From: Longimicrobiales bacterium
Lineage (GTDB): Bacteria; Gemmatimonadota; Gemmatimonadetes; Longimicrobiales; Gaopeijiaceae
Length of the DNA stretch: 64,000 nucleotides
NCBI GenBank assembly: GCA_965219445.1
Contig: CBDCNQ010000004.1
Coordinates: 1,164,103-1,228,102, forward strand
Direction: 5' to 3'
Part shown: positions 1-9,207 of the stretch, one piece after another
Layout of the letters: every line of letters starts with the position of its first letter
How positions within the stretch are numbered: position 1 is the stretch's first letter
Notes under the pieces: generated by a model
Database searches by the model: none
Told to the model about the DNA's origin: nothing
What the model saw: the letters and a program-made list of their open reading frames with translations, nothing else
Made by a program: the position numbers and the translations under genes

Positions 1-1064
1 TGCGCCGTGATGAAGCAGCTCTCCTCGAAGAAGCGGGTGCACCCATTGATGCCGTTGAGTACCTTTCCCTGGACGACGATCGGACCGGCCGAGTTGGTGA
101 AGCCCTGGTGATGGTCGGCGATCTGAGTCTCCCACACCGTCTCCCCAGTGCGGGCGTCTAGCGCTACCATGTAGGCGTCCCTGGTCGGGACGAAGATGTT
201 CTCGCCGTAGATCGCCAGGTTGCGGAGTTGATTGAAACCACCGCGTGAAAAGTCGTCCGCGAATTCGCGCCTGTATTCCCAGAGCAGGGTGCCGTCGGTC
301 CCGTCGAGCGCCTGAATGACGTTGCCCGGATTGGCGAGGTAAACGATGCCGTCATGCACCAGGGGCGTCGGCTGGTTGGTCCCGTCGCCCATCGCCCACA
401 CCCACGCGAGCCTCAAACCGTCCACGTTGCTCCGGTTGATCTGGTCGAGCGGGCTGAAGCCCTGCGAATCGTATGTGCGCCGGTAGTTGATCCAATCGCC
501 GTCGTCGGGATTGAGGAGATCCTGTTCGCTAACCGGCTCGAAGTCGGCGATCTCATGGAAGGTCCGAGTCACGCCCCTGGGCCCGGACGGATCGTCATCG
601 GCGGCCGCCCGCCGGCCCGCGTCGGCGGCCGCAGATACCTCGGCCACGGCACCCGTCAGCATGGACCCCACGGTCGTCTCGCGATTCGCTTGGACCACCC
701 GGCCGTCCCACTCCAAACCGTTGGCCGCTAGCACGTAGACCGTAATCGCATCGTATTCGGCCTCCCTCAACGAGTTAGGAGCCTCGGGAGGCATCGTACG
801 AACCGTCGCACGGAATTCGTTGAGCGTGCGCTCCGTCCAAACCGCACGGAAGTTGGGACCCGCCAACTCGGGCGCTTCGAACGATCCTCCGAGTGAGCCG
901 AGGTGACAGGCCGCGCACACGCTTTCATAAGCGGCTTGGCCTGTGGTGTGCACCTCTTCGGTCAGCGAGAGAGGGGCCGCGTCCTGGGCGCTCAGCAGCG
1001 ACCCCGGCGGCAGGAGAAACAGCGCAGCCGCGGCCCAAGCAAAAGATTTGGTAAAGCTCTTCAT
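1..1064 (-). CDS. PQQ-dependent dehydrogenase with N-terminal cytochrome c (runs off left edge)
   Basis: Manual translation from ATG at 1064 gives signal peptide MKSFTKSFAWAAAALF, heme motif CAACH and beta-propeller repeats; paralog of 45380-47584. Confidence 0.85.
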   Translation of the reverse strand, partial: MKSFTKSFAWAAAALFLLPPGSLLSAQDAAPLSLTEEVHTTGQAAYESVCAACHLGSLGGSFEAPELAGPNFRAVWTERTLNEFRATVRTMPPEAPNSLREAEYDAITVYVLAANGLEWDGRVVQANRETTVGSMLTGAVAEVSAAADAGRRAAADDDPSGPRGVTRTFHEIADFEPVSEQDLLNPDDGDWINYRRTYDSQGFSPLDQINRSNVDGLRLAWVWAMGDGTNQPTPLVHDGIVYLANPGNVIQALDGTDGTLLWEYRREFADDFSRGGFNQLRNLAIYGENIFVPTRDAYMVALDARTGETVWETQIADHHQGFTNSAGPIVVQGKVLNGINGCTRFFEESCFITA

Positions 1065-1134
1065 AGGAGTGCGTCCAGTAAGTCGACGGATCCGGTCTTG
1101 GGCGGGCTCGGCGCGCTCGCGGCGGCCCAGCTCC

Positions 1135-1639
1135 GGCGGTTGTGCTGCCGCAGGGCGCGCTCTTCCGCAAGGGTGCCGAGGGCGCCATTCGGCAGCACCT
1201 CTTGGAGCGTGATCTTATCGAAGCAGTCATTGGGTTGGGCCCGAACATCTTCTATGGCACTGGGCTCGCGCCCGCGATTGTCGTCCTTCGGCGGGCGAAG
1301 ACTGCCACGCGGAAGGGACAGGTGCTGATAGTGGACGCTTCGACCATGTTCCGGAAAGGTCGAGCTCAGAACTTTCTCGATCCCGAGCACCGCGAGCACA
1401 TCGTTGCCTGGGTGCACGCTTTCAAGGATGTAGCGGATCGCGCCAAAGTTGTCAGCCTGCGTGAGATCACGGCTGAAGATTGGACGCTCAACATCTCGCG
1501 CTACGTGCTGCCGCCTATCGGGGAGGAGATCCCACCGTTGCCAGAGGCGATCGCGGCCTTCAAGCAGGCGCTCTCTGAATGCCGAGGGGCCGAGGACCGC
1601 CTGCGGGAGGTCATGACCGACGGAAACTGGCTCGCATGA
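1135..1639 (+). pseudogene. hsdM: Type I R-M methyltransferase M1, C-terminal fragment only
   Basis: AVVLPQGALFR..EAVIGLGPNIFYGTG..LNISRYV HsdM C-terminal motifs; no SAM-binding or NPPx motif upstream; ATGA overlap with the next hsdM. Confidence 0.85.
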
Positions 1640-3147
1640 GCACATCCGCTGAACACATGAGCCAGCAGGACCTTGAGTCCTACCTCTGGGGCGCCGCGAA
1701 GCTCTTGCGGGGCCTGATCGATGCCGGCGACTACAAGCAGTACGTCTTCCCGTTGCTCTTCTTCAAGCGCCTGTCGGACGTGTGGGACGAGGAGTACCAA
1801 CGCGCGCGCGACGAGACGGGTAACGCTCGGGCCACTGCCGATGACCGTTTCGTGATCCCCGACGGCGCACACTGGTCCGACGTCCGCAGTGCGTCTCGCG
1901 ACGTGGGCCGGGCACTGCTTAAGGCCTTCCGCGCCATTGAGGCGGCCAACCCGGAGCGCCTGAACGGCGTCTTCGGGAATGCCTCGTGGACAGACAAGGC
2001 GCAGATGCCCGACGAGACGCTGAAGAATCTCATCGAGCACTTTTCACAGCACACCTTGAGCTTGGCCAAGGTCCCAGAGGACGAGCTGGGCAACGGCTAC
2101 GAGTACCTCATCAAGCAGTTCGCCGCCGACAGCGGCCACACCGCGCAGGAATTTTACACCAACCGCACCGTGGTCCATCTCATGACGCAGATGCTTGAGC
2201 CGCAACCGGGTGATCGCATCTACGATCCAACGGCCGGCACGGCCGGCATGCTCATCTCGTCGCTGGCGGAGGTGAAACGCCGAGGCGGTGACGCGCGCAC
2301 GCTGGGGCTATACGGCCAGGAGCTGATCCACATCACGGCCGCCATTGCCCGGATGAACTTGGTCCTGCACGGCGTGGAAGACTTCGAGATCGTCGCGGGC
2401 AACACGTTGAGCCAGCCAGCATTCATCGACCGCGACCACCTACGGACTTTCGACGTGGTCCTCGCCAATCCGCCGTACTCGATCAAGAAGTGGAACCGCG
2501 AGGCGTGGCAGCACGACCCCTGGGGCCGCAACTTCCTCGGGACGCCGCCGCAGGGCCGCGCCGACTACGCCTTCTTCCAGCACATCCTCAAGAGCCTCGA
2601 CCCACAGACCGGCCGCTGCGCAATTCTCTTCCCGCATGGTGTGCTCTTCCGCAACGAAGAAGCGGCGATGCGGCGACAGCTTGTCGAGTTGGACCTTCTC
2701 GAGTGTGTGCTCGGCCTCGGACCGAACCTCTTCTATAACTCGCCCATGGAAGCCTGCGTGGTGGTGTGCCGAACACGGAAGCCCTCCGGCCGCGAGGGAA
2801 AGGTCTTGTTCATCGACGCTGTGCATGACGTGGCACGGGAGCGGGCCCAGAGCTTCCTCAAGGCCGAACATCAGCAGCGCATTCTCACCGCCTATCAGGC
2901 GTTTACCGATGACCCCGGCTTCGCCAAGGTCGCGACGGCGACGGAAATCCTCCAGAAGGACGGCAACCTGTCGATCTCACGCTACGTGCGGCCAGTTGCC
3001 GGTGCAGCCGACGACGCCAGCCCAGGCGGCGATCTGCGGAGCGCTTGGGCCGAGTTCGAAGCGAGCGGCCGCGATTTCTGGCCGCAGATGGACGCGCTCG
3101 TAGACATACTGGATGGCGTTGCCACAGAGGAGACGTCCGATGCTTAA
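1636..3147 (+). CDS. hsdM: Type I R-M methyltransferase subunit (NPPY motif IV)
   Basis: YDPTAGTAGML motif I, ANPPYS motif IV, EFYTNR. Confidence 0.95.
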   Translation: MSTSAEHMSQQDLESYLWGAAKLLRGLIDAGDYKQYVFPLLFFKRLSDVWDEEYQRARDETGNARATADDRFVIPDGAHWSDVRSASRDVGRALLKAFRAIEAANPERLNGVFGNASWTDKAQMPDETLKNLIEHFSQHTLSLAKVPEDELGNGYEYLIKQFAADSGHTAQEFYTNRTVVHLMTQMLEPQPGDRIYDPTAGTAGMLISSLAEVKRRGGDARTLGLYGQELIHITAAIARMNLVLHGVEDFEIVAGNTLSQPAFIDRDHLRTFDVVLANPPYSIKKWNREAWQHDPWGRNFLGTPPQGRADYAFFQHILKSLDPQTGRCAILFPHGVLFRNEEAAMRRQLVELDLLECVLGLGPNLFYNSPMEACVVVCRTRKPSGREGKVLFIDAVHDVARERAQSFLKAEHQQRILTAYQAFTDDPGFAKVATATEILQKDGNLSISRYVRPVAGAADDASPGGDLRSAWAEFEASGRDFWPQMDALVDILDGVATEETSDA

Positions 3148-4321
3148 ATCGGCGTCCAAGAACGGGTGGATCAAGCACCGCTTCGATGAGATGGCGGTCG
3201 TGGTCAATGACCGCATCGATGACCCTGCCAAAGCCGACGTTGAGTACTACGTCGGCCTTGAGCATCTCGACTCTGAGTCACTCGCCATCCGTCGATGGGG
3301 AGCACCCTCTGACGTAGGTGCAACCAAACTGCGATTTCGGGCTGGTGACATCATCTTCGGTCGGCGGCGGGTGTACCAACGCAAGCTGGCGGTGGCCGAC
3401 TTTGACGGCATTTGTTCGGCGCACGCCATGGTACTCCGGGCGAAGCCAGCCGTCGCGTTGCCTGAGTTCCTACCATTTTTCATGCAGAGCGACCTCTTTA
3501 TGGAGAGGGCGAGGGAGATTTCTGTCGGATCCCTGTCGCCGACAATCAACTGGAAGACCTTGGCGAAGGAAGAGTTCGCCCTGCCGCCGCTGGGAGAGCA
3601 GCGGCGGATTGCTGAGGTTCTAGGTGCAGCGGAGTCGGTGGTTGAGTCGCTACGTAACCTGAGACGATCGCTCCACGCTGTAGAAATCGGACACCTTGAG
3701 GACGTCATGCTCGGAATGCCTAATAGTGCACTTGTACCTGTGGCGACACTACTCCGCGAGCCGCCGCGAAACGGCATCTCCCCGAGTGTAAACTCCGATG
3801 GAGAAGGCCTCAAGACAGTGAGTATCAGCGCGGTCAGTGACGGGATCTTCGATCCAACCGGGTGCATCAAACATGCGAAGATCGATGCTGACGTTGCCTG
3901 CCAGTTCTTTGTAAAGCGCGGGGATGCCTTTGTCATTCGTGGCAACGGGAATCGTCAACTTTGCGGCAAGGTGGGCCTCAGCGACGAATCCCACGATGAA
4001 CTCTTCTACCCGGATCTTCTAATTCGGCTTCGTTTTGACACGAACAAAATTCTCCCGCAGTTCGCAGTAGCACAGTGGAACTTGCCCAGCGTCCATAGGC
4101 GGCTTAGTGCTAAAGCTAAGTCATCAAATGGGATCTGGAAGGTCAATGGACAAGACATCCGTGCTCACCATCTCTTCGCCCCTGCTCCTGCGGAACAGCG
4201 GAGCATGATGGGAGATCTCGCCACGCTTCGGGCGGGTCTTTGGAATGTCCGGGCACGCGAAGGAGCCGCTCAGCGTATCAAAGGGATATTAACGACAGAG
4301 GTTGGGTCAATAGGTGTGTAA
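3140..4321 (+). CDS. hsdS: Type I R-M specificity subunit; last codons come from the IS256 end
   Basis: Two TRDs, LPPLGEQRRIAEVL conserved spacer, follows hsdM; reads into the IS256 inverted repeat at 4298. Confidence 0.9.
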   Translation: MLKSASKNGWIKHRFDEMAVVVNDRIDDPAKADVEYYVGLEHLDSESLAIRRWGAPSDVGATKLRFRAGDIIFGRRRVYQRKLAVADFDGICSAHAMVLRAKPAVALPEFLPFFMQSDLFMERAREISVGSLSPTINWKTLAKEEFALPPLGEQRRIAEVLGAAESVVESLRNLRRSLHAVEIGHLEDVMLGMPNSALVPVATLLREPPRNGISPSVNSDGEGLKTVSISAVSDGIFDPTGCIKHAKIDADVACQFFVKRGDAFVIRGNGNRQLCGKVGLSDESHDELFYPDLLIRLRFDTNKILPQFAVAQWNLPSVHRRLSAKAKSSNGIWKVNGQDIRAHHLFAPAPAEQRSMMGDLATLRAGLWNVRAREGAAQRIKGILTTEVGSIGV

Positions 4322-4326
4322 ATGTT

Positions 4327-5571
4327 TCAGGCGGCGTTTTTCCGCTGTTGGGTTGAGACGGGCTTTCCGTCTTCGAACTTTCTTCCTTCAAATACGTCCT
4401 TGAGGAGGTGAGGAGCGTCGAGCCTTCTGAAGCGCTTCTCCGCCACCAAGAGCAGCTTCCAGATCAGCGCCGTAGCGCTCTCGACCCGCTTGAAGCGCTT
4501 CGCCGCCGTTGTCCTGAGCCGTACTGCGGCAAAGGGGCTCTCGACCACGTTCGTCGTGCGTAGATGCTTCCAGTGGTCCTCGGGGAAGTCGTAGAACGCC
4601 ACCATCCGCTCCCAGTCGTCCTCGAGTACATCCACCGCCTTCGGATACCACGGTCTGTAGCGCCTGGCGAACGCCTCACGGGCCTTCAGCGCCTCGGACC
4701 GCCTCGGTGCGTAGACCACGGTCCTGAGAAGGTCCTTCGCCTCGCTCTGCTCCCGCTGAGGCAGCCGGTCCAGCACGTTCCTCATCTTGTGGTTCCAGCA
4801 CCGTTGCTCGCCCGCCTCAGGCCATACCTGCCGTACTGCGCCCCAGATCGCCGCGTTGCCGTCCGCCATCAAAAGCCGGGGCGCCTCGATGCCGCGTGCC
4901 TTCAGATCCCGCAACACCTCGGACCAGGACTCGACCGACTCTCGGTAGCCCGATCTCAGGGCCAACACCTCCTTCGTACCATCTCGCATCGCACCGAGAA
5001 CCACCAGCAGCGCTGCCTTGTCCCGCTCGAGCCCCGCCTTCACGTAGATCCCGTCCGCCCAGACGTAGACGACCTCACGGTCGGCCAGCGAGCGCTTCGA
5101 CCATTCCTCGAATTTCCTTGTCCATCCCGCCCGCAGCCGCCAAATCGAAGACTTCGACAACGGGGCCCCCTCGCCCAGCAGGCCCCGCATCGCCAGCTCG
5201 AAGTCTCCCTCCGCCAGCCCGTGCAGATACAGCTCCGGAAGCAGAGCACCCACCTCCTTCGTCCGTCGTGCGAACAACGGCAACACCCGACTCTCGAACC
5301 GCTCCTCAATGCCTCGAACCCGGGGCCGTCGGAGCATGATCGTGCCCGAGCTCATCGCCAGCCGCCGAGCCTTGCCGTAGCCGTTGCGGTAGCCTGGCGC
5401 CGGGTCTACGACCGTCTTCCGCTCCGACTTCTCCCGGCCGAGCAACTCCGTCACTTCCTCCTCCAGAATCCGCTGGACCATCTCCTGGGCCTTCTCACGA
5501 ACCAGCGCTTCCAAGCACTCCCACGTCGGCGTGCTGGACTCACTCTCGGGTCCCACCATATTCTTCCTCAC
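4327..5571 (-). CDS. IS256-family transposase
   Basis: YRNGY, WADGIY, MADG, QRCWNHK, RTTNVVES motifs; identical protein at 56222-57466. Confidence 0.95.
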   Translation of the reverse strand: MRKNMVGPESESSTPTWECLEALVREKAQEMVQRILEEEVTELLGREKSERKTVVDPAPGYRNGYGKARRLAMSSGTIMLRRPRVRGIEERFESRVLPLFARRTKEVGALLPELYLHGLAEGDFELAMRGLLGEGAPLSKSSIWRLRAGWTRKFEEWSKRSLADREVVYVWADGIYVKAGLERDKAALLVVLGAMRDGTKEVLALRSGYRESVESWSEVLRDLKARGIEAPRLLMADGNAAIWGAVRQVWPEAGEQRCWNHKMRNVLDRLPQREQSEAKDLLRTVVYAPRRSEALKAREAFARRYRPWYPKAVDVLEDDWERMVAFYDFPEDHWKHLRTTNVVESPFAAVRLRTTAAKRFKRVESATALIWKLLLVAEKRFRRLDAPHLLKDVFEGRKFEDGKPVSTQQRKNAA

Positions 5572-5664
5572 GAGGCATCGTTCCTTTCCCCCGGGCGCTC
5601 ACCCGGGATTCGCTGGTTAACTTCTTACTACCTAGCGGAAAGGTACGTCGCCTCTTTTTTTACA

Positions 5665-7564
5665 ATCGGGATAGGGGAGGACCGGCGATCCCGGTCCTTC
5701 CCCTCCCACACCACCAGGCATGCGGGTCCGCACCTGGCGGTTCGGTGAGTTGAGGTCAGTACGGCGTGAGCCGGGGCACACCCAGCTCGTCGAAGTACGC
5801 CCCTGGCAAGGCCGTGTGCAGGGCGTGGTGCGCGGCCACGTGCCACCAGCTTCGCGCGAACCGAGCAGCTCGCCAGGCGAGGTTCTCGCTCACACCGCGA
5901 GCCCTCAACTCCCGGTACGCTGTCCTTCCCCGTTTCCACTGGCGTAATTGCAACGTACGCAGCCGGCGGTGGATCCATTGGTCCAGGTCTCGGAAAACCC
6001 CCGGTGTATCCGCTAAGCCGAAGTATGCCTTCCACCCCAGCACGTAGCGCCGTAGCTCTTCTGCCACCTGTTGCAGGCTCCGCCCGCCACTCCGGCTTGT
6101 AATCTGCCGGACTCGCTCCTTGAACTTCGTCAGGGCCTTCTTGCTGACCCGGCGCTTCACGACCTTCCCTGCCGCTACCCAGAAGCTGTAGCCCAGGAAC
6201 TGTCGATCCCACACTCGCGCCACCGCGCTCTTTTCCTCGTTGACCTGAAGCCGAAGTTTCCCGTACAAGTGCCTCAGCGCCTGCATCACACGTTGTCCTG
6301 CCCGCCTCGACCGCACGTATACATTGCAGTCATCGGCGTACCGGACAAACGCGTGTCCGCGTAGCTCCAACTCCTTGTCCACTTCGTCCAGGAGCACGTT
6401 CGCCAGCAACGGCGACAACGGTCCGCCCTGAGGCGTCCCCATGTGCCGCTCCATCACCACCCCGTTCGCCATGACTCCGGCTTCCAGGTAGCGACGGAGG
6501 ATCCGCAGCATCGCCTTATCCTCGATCCGCTTTGCCAGCCGCCCCATCAGCACGTCGTGGTTCACCCGGTCGAAAAACTTCTCCAGGTCCACATCCACCA
6601 CCCATCGTCTCCCCTCCTGGATGTAGTGCTGCGCTTCGCGCACCGCATCGTGCGCTCGGCGCCCAGGCCGGAAGCCGTGGCTGTGCCGACTGAACGTCGG
6701 GTCGAACCTCGGTTGCATCACCTGCAGGATGGCTTGTTGGATGAACCGGTCCAGCACGGTCGGAATCCCCAACTCCCGGACCCCTCCCCCACTCTTCGGT
6801 ATCTCCTGCCTTCGTACCGGCTTCGGTTGGTAGGTCCCCGCCAGCAACCGCTGTCGGATCTCCCCCCAGTGCCTGCGCAAGTACTCTGGCAGCTCCTCCA
6901 CGTTCATCCCGTCGATGCCCGGACTGCCCTTATTCTGCCGCACGCGTTTCAACGCTCCTACGAGGTTGGCACGCCCGACCACCTCCTGCATCAGGAGATG
7001 CTCGCTTCCTGAGCGCTCGTCTCCATGGGCCACCGTTCCGGCTTCGCCACTCCCCTCTACCTTCGGGGCTTCACCCCTATCCTCCAGTGGGAGCTCCAGT
7101 TGCCTGGACTCCTGGCGCATGGCCTTGCCGAGGTCCACGGTCGTCACGCTCTCCTCTCCGTTCGGCCCTTCGTCCGACAAAGCTGGGTCCAAGCGCATCA
7201 TGCACTTCGTCGGCCTACTATGGCCTCTGCTGACTTCTCGCTCCGCCGGCAGGCCCAACAGCGCAGTGCCGGCGTCACCCTTTCAGGCGTCAGGCGAGAC
7301 CTCCCCGGGTAAGAACGATGACCTTCCCCGCACAATCGCCGGATCTACGCCGCTTCCCCTTGGTCGCAGGAGCTTCGCGGTCAGTGGTCCGCTCGCCCCG
7401 GTCCGCAGCGCCTCGTATCCGGTTCCTGTTCGTCGACTCACGGGTTCGTTTCACGCTTCGTTCAGCGTACGCCTCACGACGAACGCCTTGCGCTTCCCTT
7501 CGGTCCCTGCGACCAGGTTCCGGGAGGACTTTCACCTCCAAGTCATCGCCCATGCCGGGCCCAC
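5665..7564 (-). mobile_element. Group IIC intron, copy 1 (1900 nt)
   Basis: 5' GTGGGCCCGGCATGGG; domain V/VI 3' end GAACCGCCAGGTGCGGACCCGCATGCCTGGTGGTGTG..CCTATCCCGAT; boundaries fixed by comparison with copy 2. Confidence 0.93.
5756..7147 (-). CDS. ltrA: Group II intron reverse transcriptase/maturase (start approximate)
   Basis: GTPQGGPLSPLLAN, RYADD, maturase X domain, no endonuclease domain (class C-like). Confidence 0.93.
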   Translation of the reverse strand: MTTVDLGKAMRQESRQLELPLEDRGEAPKVEGSGEAGTVAHGDERSGSEHLLMQEVVGRANLVGALKRVRQNKGSPGIDGMNVEELPEYLRRHWGEIRQRLLAGTYQPKPVRRQEIPKSGGGVRELGIPTVLDRFIQQAILQVMQPRFDPTFSRHSHGFRPGRRAHDAVREAQHYIQEGRRWVVDVDLEKFFDRVNHDVLMGRLAKRIEDKAMLRILRRYLEAGVMANGVVMERHMGTPQGGPLSPLLANVLLDEVDKELELRGHAFVRYADDCNVYVRSRRAGQRVMQALRHLYGKLRLQVNEEKSAVARVWDRQFLGYSFWVAAGKVVKRRVSKKALTKFKERVRQITSRSGGRSLQQVAEELRRYVLGWKAYFGLADTPGVFRDLDQWIHRRLRTLQLRQWKRGRTAYRELRARGVSENLAWRAARFARSWWHVAAHHALHTALPGAYFDELGVPRLTPY

Positions 7565-7744
7565 CACCCTTCTATGGGGCTGGCGGTCAAGACGCACCTT
7601 CCCCACGCGCCGTCGGCTCATTTTTTGACCGTCGGCGTCCGCATGGTTTGGATTGCCCGGTCGACGACTCAGGGTGGGGAGGGGTGCGCTCGCAGGGTCC
7701 GCATCGCAGTCCGGAAGACGTTCACAGCCGTCGCGTTCTCCGCT

Positions 7745-7880
7745 CTGGAGCGGGAACCATCCTTCTATCTGGGACTCTGTGGCCCATCGCTTCGTTCGGC
7801 TCTCCAGGGGTGCATAGCCTTTGAGTGGGGGCTTGGGCTCTCTGCCCCGGCCCACGGTGTGTATGGATGCTGTCCCCTGT
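7745..7880 (-). ncRNA. Predicted bridge/seek RNA guide loops of the IS110 element (full RNA ends unknown)
   Basis: Two stem-internal loop-stem domains. Loops match the target (GGTGTGTA 7856-7863, CCTTTGA 7818-7824) and the donor junction (CCTTCTAT 7761-7768, CATC 7785-7788). Confidence 0.8.
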
Positions 7881-7956
7881 AACCGGTTCGCTTCCGTTTC
7901 GTCGGACCCCATGTTGTGACCGCTTTCGACCCCACGCTCGCCGATCCCAGGCCGGT

Positions 7957-9012
7957 TTACTCCGTCGCTTCCAGTCTCTTGGGGTCGTACGCTTCGCCCG
8001 TGCGCCACACCGCTAGCACGATCGAGGCGAGCTGACGCGCGATCGTCAGCTTCGCCAGATTCGGCTTCGTGCCCCCCTCCAGGAGTCGCTCGTAGTGGCG
8101 GTACAAGGGCTCGTCCTCGGCCCGACCGATCACCGTCGTCGCTGCGCCCTTGAACACACGCTTCAGCGTGTGGTTGAAGTTCCGATTCAGCCCCCGCGTC
8201 TGCTGTACCGGTTCCCTTACCCACCGCCCACCCGGACCCCGCACCCAGTCCGACGAGCTCCGCATCACGACGCCCAGTCCGCAGTACGCCCAGAACCTGC
8301 TCCGGCTCTGGAACCGGTACGGCGTCACCACCACCGGCAGGAGCTCCGCCGTCCGGATCGGACCCAGACCCGGGCACGTCTTCAGCACATGCCACTCTCG
8401 ATGCTTGCGTGCTTCCGCCAGCAACGCCTTCTCGGCCTTCGCCCTCAATGCCACGAGTGCGTCGTGCTCCTCGTACAGCAACCCGGCCGTCGTCCTGCTC
8501 GCTTCCGGCAGCTTGGCCAACCACTCCTCCCGGTCGCGCTTTAAGTAGACCGAGCGCCCCGCGCCGTAGGCCACTCCTCTCGAGCGCAGCACGCTCTTGA
8601 GCCGGTTCTTCACCCGCACCGTGTCGCCGACCAAGAAGTCGTAGCTCTTCGCCCGTTCCCCCAGCCGCCTGAACTGGCCCCGGTTCTTGTAGACCGTCGT
8701 CTCCAGTGATCCGATCCGCAGCTTCTCCGCCAGGGCAAACGCGTCCAGCTTGTCGGTCTTCGGGCCCCGGCTCTTGCCGACCCCCGCCACCGTCAGCTCC
8801 TCCACGTGCGGCTTCAGCACCTCGTACAGCCACCCCGACAGCGTCCCTTCTTCCAGGCATAAGTGCCGGTTCCTCGGAATCCCTCGCAGCACCTCGATCA
8901 GCGCCCGCGCGTTCGTCTCCACCACCTGCGAGCCCAAGCGCTTGCCGCTGGGGCCTACAATCCCCAGCGTGCAGCTCGACGCGTGTGCGTCGAGTCCGAT
9001 ATACCTCTCCAT
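7957..9012 (-). CDS. IS110-family recombinase/transposase
   Basis: RuvC-like DEDD (YIGLDAH, LEEG, KTDKLDA); C-terminal AYCGL..RSS serine motif; AGGAGG RBS. Confidence 0.93.
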   Translation of the reverse strand: MERYIGLDAHASSCTLGIVGPSGKRLGSQVVETNARALIEVLRGIPRNRHLCLEEGTLSGWLYEVLKPHVEELTVAGVGKSRGPKTDKLDAFALAEKLRIGSLETTVYKNRGQFRRLGERAKSYDFLVGDTVRVKNRLKSVLRSRGVAYGAGRSVYLKRDREEWLAKLPEASRTTAGLLYEEHDALVALRAKAEKALLAEARKHREWHVLKTCPGLGPIRTAELLPVVVTPYRFQSRSRFWAYCGLGVVMRSSSDWVRGPGGRWVREPVQQTRGLNRNFNHTLKRVFKGAATTVIGRAEDEPLYRHYERLLEGGTKPNLAKLTIARQLASIVLAVWRTGEAYDPKRLEATE

Positions 9013-9207
9013 GGGCATCCTCCTCTTGGGTAGGACGGGTTGGGTTGCTTGCTTGCGCGAATAATGATGAACGCGCACCCGCTCCCGGAGGAGAACGCCT
9101 CTTCGTCTTCGGGCTGCTTCGCTGCTGATCGGTACCGGTAGCGGTCGCCATGCCCCTATGATGCCTTTGATCCTAGCTCCCTTGGCGACACACAGGGTGT
9201 GGCCTGG

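Larger units (their letters stand above)
7570..9165 (-). mobile_element. IS110-family (IS1111-like) element inserted in the IS256 terminal repeat
   Basis: CC(TT) core at both junctions, imperfect sub-terminal inverted repeats GGGGC(A)TGGCG, long non-coding region downstream of the recombinase. Confidence 0.9.
4298..9181 (-). mobile_element. IS256-family element copy A, one terminal inverted repeat interrupted by a group II intron and an IS110 element
   Basis: End GAGGTTGGGTCAATAGGTGTGTAAA at 4298. Other end split as TTTTTTACA(5664)..CACCC(7565)..TTTGATCCTAGCTCCC(9181); intact in copy C at 57551-57580. Confidence 0.93.

Noticed and set aside
5756..7258. RT as retron, DGR or defence RT
   Set aside because: It lies inside a full group II intron with domain V/VI and a maturase domain, present in two copies.
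4289..9190. 9-bp TSD of IS256 copy A (TTAACGACA versus TTGGCGACA)
   Set aside because: Only 7 of 9 bases match and rejoining does not give a clean hsdS stop, so it is not asserted.
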